This document shows positions 9,901-17,547 of a stretch of DNA of 64,000 nucleotides, one piece after another. The stretch's first letter is position 1, and each line of letters begins with the position of its first letter. This DNA is from a virus. The stretch is from the IMG/VR virus record IMGVR_UViG_3300027832_000009, positions 10,549 to 74,548 of that record; one strand, given 5' to 3'. Both the position numbers and the translations under genes were made by a program. The notes below the pieces were generated by a model. It had not been told where the DNA came from and ran no database searches. It saw only the letters and a list, made by a program, of their open reading frames with translations.

Positions 9901-11168
9901 ATCTGCTCCCGAACCGCGAGCGTATCATTGCCCGCCTCCCATATCTGATCACTGATATCATCGCCGACCTGTTCCCGGATCTGATCACGGATCTGATTAT
10001 CGATCCGACCCCAGATCTGCCAACGGACCTGCTCCCAGATCTCCTCCCGTATCAGCCCCGAGACCTGCGAGTGGAGCGCACCACTTACCTGATTGGTGAC
10101 CTGAGTATCGACACGATCACCGACCGGATCCAAGACCTGATCAGCGAGCTCATTCAGGACCTGCTCCTTGACCTCCTCGTTGACCATATCCAGTACCGGC
10201 CACGTGACCTGCTCGTGGATCATAGAATTGACCTGAGCACTGACCTGGTTGTCGAGCTGATCCAGGGCCTGCTCAACGAGCTCATCCCGGATCTGCTTAC
10301 CGACCTGCTCGCTGAGCGTATCATCGACCTGAGCACTGACCTGATCCAAAATCTGCCCCGCGACCTGCTGCCAGACCTGACCCATGACATGGAGCGCATC
10401 ACTGACCTGCCCGCTGACCTGCGCATCGACACTATCACCGACCTGAGCAGTGAGAGCATCACTGACCCCCCCGTTGACCATATCCCGTACCGGCCACGTG
10501 ACCCGATCGTTGATCATAGAACTGACCTGAGCACTGACCTGGTTGTCGAGCTGAGCCAAGACCTGCTCAGCGAGCTGATTCCTGATCTGCTTACCGACCT
10601 GCTCGGTGACCTGCTCGCTGACCGGATCACTGACACTCTCGCGAACCTGATTCCAGATCTGATCCCGTACCGTCTGCCAGATCTGATACACGATCCTATC
10701 GCCGACCTGTTCCTTGACCTGCTCGTTGAGCATATCATCGACCTGAGCGCTGGCCTGTTTGTCGACCTGACTCAAGACATGGTTCCGTACCTGCCCACCG
10801 ACCTGATCACTAACCGGCCTGGTGCTCTTACCCTTGACCTGCTGAATAACCCGATCCAAAACGCTATCACGGACCTGCGCCCAGGCCTTCGCCAAGATTT
10901 TATTCCTGACCTGGTGCTGGAGCCGCTCCATACCTTGATCCGAGGCAATAGACTGCAGTGCTACCGCCCCCATAGCCGCCGCTATGGGCGAATCGAAAAG
11001 AAGAAACAATTTGGGCGGCTCCAGCCCAGCTGCTACGTAGCACTCGATTGCAGCCGCTTTGGCCTTCTCGAAATCGCACGGCTCGCATGAGAGCCCTATC
11101 TTCAACCATTTCTCTGTGTGCAGCGGGAGCTGCGCGATCTGTTCTGGTGTGAGTTTTTCTAACTTCAT
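6909..11168 (-). CDS. DUF6745-domain protein with very long (D/E)QV(R/W/G) repeat insert
   Basis: N-terminal KLTPEQ...EKWLKIG...YVAAGLEPP; C-terminal GSHDVGWLSYY...CGWW...GRLHNETG...RYRDGFGVWSLHG; about 1150 aa of low-complexity xQVx sequence between them. Confidence 0.75.
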   Translation of the reverse strand: MKLEKLTPEQIAQLPLHTEKWLKIGLSCEPCDFEKAKAAAIECYVAAGLEPPKLFLLFDSPIAAAMGAVALQSIASDQGMERLQHQVRNKILAKAWAQVRDSVLDRVIQQVKGKSTRPVSDQVGGQVRNHVLSQVDKQASAQVDDMLNEQVKEQVGDRIVYQIWQTVRDQIWNQVRESVSDPVSEQVTEQVGKQIRNQLAEQVLAQLDNQVSAQVSSMINDRVTWPVRDMVNGGVSDALTAQVGDSVDAQVSGQVSDALHVMGQVWQQVAGQILDQVSAQVDDTLSEQVGKQIRDELVEQALDQLDNQVSAQVNSMIHEQVTWPVLDMVNEEVKEQVLNELADQVLDPVGDRVDTQVTNQVSGALHSQVSGLIREEIWEQVRWQIWGRIDNQIRDQIREQVGDDISDQIWEAGNDTLAVREQILRPVREQAWEVAQEAIAHTPGEKVSDQVLGQVLGQIWGKLCEKLSSEVLDQVRDHVAEPVMGQIRDRIREQVGEQAQDQASGQVRGQVDAHVRAGVAEPVGEQVGTRVWGQVWAEAHNQVSNQVAAQISELISGQVGEHVWGKVRGPVSAQVRESVGEQIREQVGEHVVGEHVWGKVRNMANNHAAGEVMDQASESVRRMVREQSSNHVMGQAWEQLKELVLEQVREQLSGQAIEQVGEQLSESVAAEVREQPSETARRAVRERVTGQVADQVWERSREIILNTPGDEVSSQVGEHIRDQVWEQIRERVVATVRDQVRNQVGERVVDQVRNGVSDQLNAAISAGVRQQVQDQVREQSSDQVRDQVWGQIRMLVGGQVREQVWEKIRMRVSGQVSEQVRDTVSGQVHELVSEATMEQVGDQVWGQVWNQIWSPVGSQVDAQLSEQVSAKIRDQISNYVSAQVGDTVSDQAEELVREQVWEQLRDQVVATVRDQIWSQVRESVSDPVAGEVLGQIRKNVLDQVNDRVIHQVSSVVSDQIREQVSNQVLEQVRDQVDARARELVNGQVNQQVSAAVANQVLSWIPGQVLRQIRDLVQDQLNETAMGTVQVKVSNQVADQVDAQVNRQVTEQSRGYVHLLADAQVVGPVNDQVSDLVLEQVWDQIRDMLRTEAGSQVDAKVSDEAREHVWDQISTRVLDQGWSQIWRQVLDQVGELVTEQVKDLVSNQVSDQVNKAIMDQVREQVRVYVSSRTWAQVGGPVSAQVGDPVLEQVSDQTPEQTPEQTPEQLREQLLNKVSDQVFGSHDVGWLSYYAFFREHCGLTEATDKLSGLLELAKHCGWWAPYKGACIFQHRHSELHRDEAGRLHNETGMACRYRDGFGVWSLHGIRVDEQIVMRPETQTVAQINEETNQDIRSIRITRFGWARYIEESGAVCVHSMTNPISNTPEALYRLADNSQRLVAGCVTGKMVTMGVPSTIMTCEQAQLWLAGDKKFNLIAAT

Positions 11169-11225
11169 CTGTTTACTACTTTCTGTTTAGTTAGGTTTAG
11201 TGCTGCAATACTAACTCGCAGCACA

Positions 11226-11456
11226 CTATCTTCTGAACACGACTCCTTTGGAATCATCCTGTATGGTCACACTGAACCACACACGGCTATTATTGTACAG
11301 ATCCTGATTCGTATTCCTGACGCACGTGACGGCGTGACCCTCGTCAGCTGCCCGCACATAATTCACAGAAGACCACTCTCTGTCCTGTGCTAGCACTCTG
11401 TACAGCCGAAGAGATACCGCAGCTCTCGGCTGTCTGGCTGCCAGTGTTATCTGCAT
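11226..11456 (-). CDS. hypothetical protein
   Basis: 76 aa ORF co-oriented with neighbours. Confidence 0.4.
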   Translation of the reverse strand: MQITLAARQPRAAVSLRLYRVLAQDREWSSVNYVRAADEGHAVTCVRNTNQDLYNNSRVWFSVTIQDDSKGVVFRR

Positions 11457-11494
11457 ACTCTGCCTCCTATACTGTTTACTGTGATGCGTTGGCG

Positions 11495-12640
11495 TTACCT
11501 GCCGACACTTGCAGTCATTGCTGCTATTGCAGCCGGTCCAACCTTCTCAATCAGCTTCCGCTGCTGCTCTGGTGTCAGGTGTTTCCAGCCACCTTGAACA
11601 GCAGCCGCTGCCATATCCTTAGCATCCTGCGCGTTTTCTGGCCTCATAGCAGAGTACATTTGCTGTATCGGCCCAGCGTACGCAGCTGGGTCGTTGTACT
11701 CCATATGACCACCCAGATAGTTTTTACCCACCTGCTGCACACCTGACACAGCTGCAGCAGCCGGGCTTCTGTAATGCATTAGGGAATCCAGCATACCACG
11801 ACCCACAGCAGGTTTAGAGAGTTGATATTTCATCGCATCATTCAACGCCAGGCCGTACAACTCATCTCTGGATTTAGATGCGGTTACAGCAGCCTCGTCA
11901 CCCCCATGACCGAAAATATTTCGTTTCAATCTCCCGAGAGTTGCGTCCTGCAACGTGTACTGCTTGACCTTCTGCCCCTGCTCACTCAGCCTCCTTCTCT
12001 GATTAGGTGTCAGCCCAGCCTGCACACCATAATCGCTGGTCGTGTTGTAGATCGAATCGTTCACAACCTGATTCGCATCACTGAGGCCTTGAGCTCCCGA
12101 ATACACCAAGCCGGCAGCTGCGGCCTGATTCAGCCTACGCATACCCGGCACACCGTCAGCTGACAGCAGTTTTGCTGTGTTCATGGCTGGCCGCTGGCGA
12201 AATCTCTCACCTGCAGGCACGTTAGCGACAGTGTTGAGGGCTCTACCAGCACGACTCGGCAAAGGTTTGCCTATGTTCGCCGCTACCAACGCTGGTGCCG
12301 GTCTTGATCTGGGTGCCGCGACAGCCTTCACAGCAGGTGTCACAGCTGCTACAGCTCTGGTCGCCAACGACTTGGCTGGCGGCGTCGGTACCTTGTTCGC
12401 CATTGATGTGGTGATTGATTTCTGCTGCGCCGGTGTAGGCACACGCATCTGCCTGACCGGCGACTGTATCGGTGCAGCTCCAGGTCCTGCCACAGGCCTG
12501 CCCATTGTTTTGGAGGCTGTACGGGACAAGACTTTGGAAAGACCCTTCATGTTGATGGCCTGCTTCTGTAGCTGGCTATCTGGATGCGTCAACACATATA
12601 GACAGTGGACTGCCCGCAGATCCGTGAGGCTGTTGAACAT
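11495..12640 (-). CDS. Ala/Pro-rich hypothetical protein, possibly virion-associated
   Basis: likely start MFNSLTDL at 12640 after ACAGGAG RBS; lies directly downstream of repeat array 2. Confidence 0.65.
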   Translation of the reverse strand: MFNSLTDLRAVHCLYVLTHPDSQLQKQAINMKGLSKVLSRTASKTMGRPVAGPGAAPIQSPVRQMRVPTPAQQKSITTSMANKVPTPPAKSLATRAVAAVTPAVKAVAAPRSRPAPALVAANIGKPLPSRAGRALNTVANVPAGERFRQRPAMNTAKLLSADGVPGMRRLNQAAAAGLVYSGAQGLSDANQVVNDSIYNTTSDYGVQAGLTPNQRRRLSEQGQKVKQYTLQDATLGRLKRNIFGHGGDEAAVTASKSRDELYGLALNDAMKYQLSKPAVGRGMLDSLMHYRSPAAAAVSGVQQVGKNYLGGHMEYNDPAAYAGPIQQMYSAMRPENAQDAKDMAAAAVQGGWKHLTPEQQRKLIEKVGPAAIAAMTASVGR

Positions 12641-12677
12641 GTTTTCTCCTGTGCTTGTTTGTCCGGCTGCACGCGAT

Positions 12678-13279
12678 GCCCTGCTTCGAACCCGCAAGGC
12701 TGGGATTGTTATTGTGGATCCTGGACTGTGCTGCCGTGCTATGAACCCGCATGGCTGGGATTGTTGTGAGAGCGTATATGTGAGGAGCTGTGTACTGTGA
12801 CCTGCTGCCCAATATGCTCTGCTTCGAACCCGCAGGGCTGGGATTGCTATGAGAGCGTATATGTGAGGACTTGTGCAGTTGCCCTGCTATGAACCCGCAA
12901 GGCTGGGATTGTTGTGAGAGCTTATATGTGAGGAGCTGTGCACTGTGACCTAGAGCTGTCACGATGCGTACCAACACCCCTGTTGCACTGCTTCGAACCC
13001 GCAAGGCTGGGATTGTTGTTGAACGTGTTTTCTTCTGTGCTTGCTTGCCAAGCATACGGCAACTTCGGCGGTTTCGGTGCCCTGCTTCGAACCCGCAGGG
13101 CTGGGATTGTTGTGAGAGCGTATATGTGAGGACTTGTGCAGTTGCCCTGCTATGAACCCGCATGGCTGGGATTGTTGTGAGAGCGTATACGTGAGAGCTT
13201 ATATGTGAGAGAGTATATGTGAGGAGCTGTATACTTTGGCCCCCTGTTATCCTGCTTCGAACCCGCAAGGCTGGGATTG
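12678..13279 (+). repeat. array of 8 copies of 31-nt hairpin element (family 2) interspersed with GAGAGCGTATATGTGAGGA subrepeats
   Basis: GCCCTGC-TTCGAACCC-GCA(A/G/T)GGC-TGGGATTG at 12678, 12733, 12816, 12881, 12985, 13079, 13144, 13249. Confidence 0.9.
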
Positions 13280-13337
13280 CTGTCAAAATGTGCTGTGAGA
13301 GCGTATATGTGCGAGTGTATATGTGAGAGCTCACAGG

Positions 13338-14114
13338 TTAGGGCGAGAGCCGAGAACCGATGTTGGCCCCGACTGTGCCGCCAGCTGCACCACCAACCAG
13401 TCCGCCAACACCAGCCGCCAATCCTCCAGCTGCACCCAACGCCCCACCACCCAAAGAACCACGAAGTGCGGCCATCATCCGGCTCCGCTTCTTGCCCTCC
13501 TCATCTACACCTGTATCGCTAAACATGCCGTGCAGCCCGCCAATTGCAGCACCGGCAGCCGCGCCAGCACCAGTCACACCACCAACCCTGCCCATCGCAG
13601 CACCACCCGCCAGCTGGCGAATCCGTTGCTGAATACCTGCGTATGGCGACACGTCAGCTTGTGGGATCTCTGCAGCTGGAGGTGCGATAGGAGCAGCAGG
13701 CGGTTGCATGCCTGCAATCTTCCTTTGCCCTGCTACGAACCCGCAAGGCTGGGATGAATCTTTACTCGAAACAACGATTTTCCCAGAAGAAGTTGCCTGC
13801 ATACCCTTCCCTGCAAGCCTTGCCCTGCCAATCTTAAATCCTTTCGCTACACCTGCTGCGTGGTTGCCATCCACAGTCCCAGCCGGCCCCAACGCTCCGT
13901 GTGTTTCTATAGGGTTGCCTGCTGGACTGCCTGGCAACCCTGGAAACGCTGTAGCCTTTCCTCGCTGCGTCGAAAGCCCTGTTTGCGGTATTCCACTCCC
14001 CATCACATGTCGTGCCCCAGCCTGCTGTCTTGGTGCTGTGTTACCCGGTGCAACCATTGGTGAAACAAGTGCACTTTTTCTCCACGCCCTGATCGCTGCA
14101 AGTGCATCCGACAT
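13338..14114 (-). CDS. Gly/Ala-rich hypothetical protein, possibly virion-associated
   Basis: likely start MSDALAA at 14114; C-terminal GGxxGAAxG helices; contains an element copy at 13727. Confidence 0.6.
   Translation of the reverse strand: MSDALAAIRAWRKSALVSPMVAPGNTAPRQQAGARHVMGSGIPQTGLSTQRGKATAFPGLPGSPAGNPIETHGALGPAGTVDGNHAAGVAKGFKIGRARLAGKGMQATSSGKIVVSSKDSSQPCGFVAGQRKIAGMQPPAAPIAPPAAEIPQADVSPYAGIQQRIRQLAGGAAMGRVGGVTGAGAAAGAAIGGLHGMFSDTGVDEEGKKRSRMMAALRGSLGGGALGAAGGLAAGVGGLVGGAAGGTVGANIGSRLSP
13727..13757 (+). repeat. solo family-2 element inside a coding sequence
   Basis: GCCCTGC-TACGAACCC-GCAAGGC-TGGGATGA. Confidence 0.8.
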
Positions 14115-14258
14115 AATAAATCCTTTGTTTCCGCTGGTTTGACTTGATTGGTAGCAAGGGGTGGAGTTCAGGGTTATAGTCTGCCACACAGAGGCAAGGA
14201 ACACAATACCGCAGAGGTATATCCGTGCCAGCAACGCAAAACACAGGGAGTACAACAG

Positions 14259-15539
14259 ATGACAGAAGCTGCAGAATCCTTCCCCACCCACACACACCAA
14301 TTAATTGACAGTATGAAGGCCCCATACAGGCTGATGACCGAAGGGGAGGTCATTTTTCCCAGCTGTTACATTGGTAATACCAGCACAGGTACGTGGGAGC
14401 TCACTACTGCGGCTTTCTGGCACTCTGAGGCTGTTCCTACAGCATTCCAGCTATTCTGTGCTCCTTCGTCTCCTGAGGACTACAAGATCGTCTACGGGGA
14501 TCAGGTTATCTCTGAGGATGCTGTGTACTGGCATCAGGGGCACTGGATCCCTGTTCCTGTCTGCTGGTACGGTCTTGGCGTCTCCAAGTACTGGCACAGC
14601 GACCCTGGCAGCATAAAGCAGACTGTCAAAGGAAACTCTGCTGTCTATTCAATGTACCGTCAGAGTGCGATGGTCGCACACCCTGTTCGATCGACGTGGC
14701 GGACGTTATCCGCACCTCCGGGACACAGACATCTACAGATCGGTGAGGTCGTCAGACAGAAAGACCTGCGTACGAGTGCTGTAGACAACAATAAATGGGC
14801 TGACGTGAACGCACCAGTGATCGGAACTACCATCACAGGGGTCACCATAGAGAGCGCTCGCTTTATTCGCCCTATCCCTGTGCATTGGGTCAATTGGTAC
14901 GTGAACACCAGACCGGGCTTCGGGGCTAATGCGAACGCTGGGACATCCCTGAGCACTGCTCTGGGTAACATTATCGCTGTTCGCAAGAAAATGCAGGAAA
15001 TTCAGCATAACACAGGGCAACCATGCTATGGGATTATCTGGGATACGTTCGGCACAGCGTTGCAGGTCTTCGACAAACCAGTCAACACTCAGGATATGTC
15101 GCCCACCATCGCAACAATCGGGGATTCTGCTGTCCCTGAGTCTATCCGATGGAACATGGAGTACTCCGTCTACCTCGGAGAGCCAATAACCCATAACGGG
15201 CTGCTGTCACTAGCCGAGAAGGATATGCCGGCCAGACACAGAATACTGAGCGCTGGCGAAGTCAGTCAGGATGGGGACCTCATCTTCACACTGGCTCCCG
15301 GGAAGCGATTACCGTTTATCTGGCAGCCTGTGGCACCAAAGTTGTGGTATCAGCCCGGATTACGCCAATACATCTTCTGTCGGCACTCAGATGCTGTCTG
15401 CAACATGGATGCCCCGGAAGTACGGTTAACCTTCCTCACCGAACGGGTGGCCAGTCTGGAGCAGGGGCAGCAGGACCTCAGAGGCCAAATCCACTCCCTG
15501 CTCCAGCGATTAGCCATCCTGACACCAAAGGCCAGCTAA
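14259..15539 (+). CDS. hypothetical multi-module protein (one of only two plus-strand genes)
   Basis: start after CAGGGAG RBS; repeated (Y/H)RxLxxGEV-type modules; C-terminal coiled coil. Confidence 0.65.
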   Translation: MTEAAESFPTHTHQLIDSMKAPYRLMTEGEVIFPSCYIGNTSTGTWELTTAAFWHSEAVPTAFQLFCAPSSPEDYKIVYGDQVISEDAVYWHQGHWIPVPVCWYGLGVSKYWHSDPGSIKQTVKGNSAVYSMYRQSAMVAHPVRSTWRTLSAPPGHRHLQIGEVVRQKDLRTSAVDNNKWADVNAPVIGTTITGVTIESARFIRPIPVHWVNWYVNTRPGFGANANAGTSLSTALGNIIAVRKKMQEIQHNTGQPCYGIIWDTFGTALQVFDKPVNTQDMSPTIATIGDSAVPESIRWNMEYSVYLGEPITHNGLLSLAEKDMPARHRILSAGEVSQDGDLIFTLAPGKRLPFIWQPVAPKLWYQPGLRQYIFCRHSDAVCNMDAPEVRLTFLTERVASLEQGQQDLRGQIHSLLQRLAILTPKAS

Positions 15540-15545
15540 ACAGAG

Positions 15546-16265
15546 CTATACCGGTGACTCGTAGAGCGGACGAGTCATCAGTGAGCCGGTTTCGTTATGC
15601 ATAACGGGCGAGTTCGTGACAACCAGCGTGTTCAGCTTATTCACCAGGAACAGGTCGCAAGGCCAGCCTTGCCTCAAGTCTGCATCAGCCCAGGCCTTGC
15701 GACCTGACTCATTAACAGCGTACATCAAACAACCCTCGTGCCACTTGAGGTCAGGAGGGGTAGTCAGACCCATGGATACCTTCCAAAGAGGACCCAGGAA
15801 CCGGATCTGCGCTTCTTCTGTGAGCGGCTTGGTCTGCAACTCACTGAACTGCATGCCGGGCAGCGACACGACCGGCCGAGTAGGTGACAGATTCCTGCCG
15901 TGGAAGCTGATTGCCTGAATATCAGGGTACGTCTCAAAAACATCATGACACGTATCCATGGCCCTGTGCAAGTACGCCTTATTCAACGACCCGAGCTTCA
16001 CGTCGTCCTCAAAGACCAGCGTAATGGCCGCCTTTGAGCGTTTGTGGATCTGGGTGTGCCCGTACATCGCTCTGTACTGCCTAACCGCGTAATCCCGCTG
16101 AGATGGCCGCCAGGACCGGTCTACCGAGTATTCGGCATGGTCAAACGGTAAATCACTGTCCTCATTCACATACATCGTGTGTGTAACACCTGCATGCTGC
16201 AGGAGTTGCGTCGTAGTGCACACCTTTCTCGGGTGGCAAAGCACAAATACTTCAAGATCGATCAT
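15546..16265 (-). CDS. glycosyltransferase, GT25-like
   Basis: AMYGHTQIH followed by LVFEDD, as in the GT25 GCxxSH...LEDD pattern; start MIDLEV after GGAGAAGG. Confidence 0.65.
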   Translation of the reverse strand: MIDLEVFVLCHPRKVCTTTQLLQHAGVTHTMYVNEDSDLPFDHAEYSVDRSWRPSQRDYAVRQYRAMYGHTQIHKRSKAAITLVFEDDVKLGSLNKAYLHRAMDTCHDVFETYPDIQAISFHGRNLSPTRPVVSLPGMQFSELQTKPLTEEAQIRFLGPLWKVSMGLTTPPDLKWHEGCLMYAVNESGRKAWADADLRQGWPCDLFLVNKLNTLVVTNSPVMHNETGSLMTRPLYESPV

Positions 16266-16282
16266 ATCACCCTTCTCCCCAT

Positions 16283-16313
16283 TTACAGATACGAGGCCCC
16301 TGCACAGGCGCTG
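16283..16313 (+). repeat. solo family-1 element
   Basis: TTACAGA-TACGAGGCC-CCTGCAC-AGGCGCTG. Confidence 0.75.
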
Positions 16314-16318
16314 AAACA

Positions 16319-16579
16319 CTACTTATCAGCCACAGCAGCCATTGCTGCAGCCAGCACACGTCTCCAACATGTCATACTTATCCCATGGAACTCAGTATCG
16401 ATTGCACCCCGCTCTGCAGCCTCCTCCTCGCCTCGCACCCACCGCAGCATCGCATATTGGATGACCTGCACAGTTTCAGGCTCCGTGTAACCGCACAGCT
16501 TGAGCTCCTCCAGACCTGCTGGGATATCCAGCCGGTCAACATTATGACCCGGTACCAAACCATGTCGCATCAAGAACAC
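16319..16579 (-). CDS. hypothetical protein
   Basis: 86 aa ORF; its 3' end is duplicated at about 17313-17360. Confidence 0.6.
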   Translation of the reverse strand: MFLMRHGLVPGHNVDRLDIPAGLEELKLCGYTEPETVQVIQYAMLRWVRGEEEAAERGAIDTEFHGISMTCWRRVLAAAMAAVADK

Positions 16580-16601
16580 CCATTTCTATATCTGTCTGCA
16601 G

Positions 16602-16632
16602 CTGCAGAAATGAAGCCTCTACAGAGGCGTGA
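16602..16632 (+). repeat. solo family-1 element
   Basis: CTGCAGA-AATGAAGCC-TCTACAG-AGGCGTGA. Confidence 0.8.
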
Positions 16633-16638
16633 CCAAAC

Positions 16639-16677
16639 AAAAAAAGAGCGAGGGGATTAACCCCCGCTCTCTCGCTC
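16639..16677 (-). terminator. rho-independent terminator
   Basis: minus strand GAGCGGGGG-TTAA-TCCCCTCGCTC followed by T7. Confidence 0.8.
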
Positions 16678-16718
16678 AACTCGCCCCCAGAACAACGCAG
16701 GCTGCGTTGTAAGCTGGG

Positions 16719-16976
16719 CTAACCTGCAAAATTGTCGTCATCATCGTCGTCGTCGTCGTCATCGTCGTCGTCGTCATCGTCGTCGTCGTCATCATCGTCA
16801 TCGTCTTCCTCCTCGGCGAAGTCGTCGTCTGCATCGGCGAAGTCGTCGTTAACGAAACCATTGACCTTTGCTGCATCCTCCTCTGCGGGGGCCACCAGCA
16901 AATCACTGTCCGCACCGTTGTAGAGCGGCTCATCATGTTCCGGCATATCATCTACCATAAATTCAACATCCTTCAT
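16719..16976 (-). CDS. highly acidic small protein with poly-Asp tail
   Basis: MKDVEFMVDD...EEEDDDDDDDDDDDDDDDDDDDDDDDDNFAG; followed by a terminator. Confidence 0.65.
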   Translation of the reverse strand: MKDVEFMVDDMPEHDEPLYNGADSDLLVAPAEEDAAKVNGFVNDDFADADDDFAEEEDDDDDDDDDDDDDDDDDDDDDDDDNFAG

Positions 16977-17013
16977 GTTAACGAGGCCCCACCGAGACGG
17001 TAGGGTGTAAGGT

Positions 17014-17044
17014 TTACAGATACGAGGACCACTCACAGGCACTG
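17014..17044 (+). repeat. degenerate family-1 element (loop and tail kept, stem lost)
   Basis: TTACAGA-TACGAGGAC-CACTCAC-AGGCACTG. Confidence 0.6.
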
Positions 17045-17276
17045 ACGCAACGGTATCACTGCAACTTGCAGGCAGCAATAGAAAACAGCTAGCCAACGCG
17101 GCAGCCCCAAGAAACTCGTCAAATGTATCCGTCACAAATGATGGGCGTATCATGTCGCAGCCTCTCCAGAAATTCAACCCTCGCAAAATGGTCGTACGGA
17201 ATATCTACCGAAACCGACCGACGAGTGGCTGTAACCGGTTACAACCACAAAATCGTCGAAGATTCAAACACAGAGT

Positions 17277-17307
17277 TTACAGATACGAGGCCCCTGCACA
17301 GGCGCTG
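17277..17307 (+). repeat. solo family-1 element, part of an 85-bp duplication
   Basis: identical to the 16283 copy. Confidence 0.75.
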
Positions 17308-17547
17308 AAACACTACTTATCAGCCGCAGCAACCATTGCTGCAGCCAGCACACGTCTCCATAAGCCTCACAACACAGTTACTCGACCTTCTTGCTCCTTG
17401 GCGTGTAGCTGGGGTTATCAAACTGGTACAGCTGGGCGCCGCATCGCTGACACTTGTCCGCCCTGTACCAGTGCACAGCCTGACAACTGCGGACCCGGCA
17501 CTTCCAGTAATGCTGGTACCAGCCAGGCACCACCGGCCGCCCGGCTC

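Noticed and set aside
7529-11090. Long antisense and alternative-frame ORFs (for example 9252..11090, LPDL repeats)
   Set aside because: These are shadows of the repetitive CAGGTC codon pattern of the DUF6745 gene.
6909-11168. Diversity-generating retroelement target
   Set aside because: There is no reverse transcriptase in the window, and the internal duplicates do not differ specifically at adenines.
12678-13279. CRISPR array (the repeat starts GTTGC and ends GGGATTG, like some type III repeats)
   Set aside because: Spacing is irregular (55-105 nt), the 'spacers' are themselves repeated, and there are no cas genes in the window.
12576-13334. 252 aa ORF across array 2
   Set aside because: Its translation simply mirrors the DNA repeats and there is no RBS; likely non-coding.
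14180-14226. Degenerate element copies upstream of the plus-strand gene
   Set aside because: The spacing between boxes (5-7 nt) does not fit the consensus; too weak to count.
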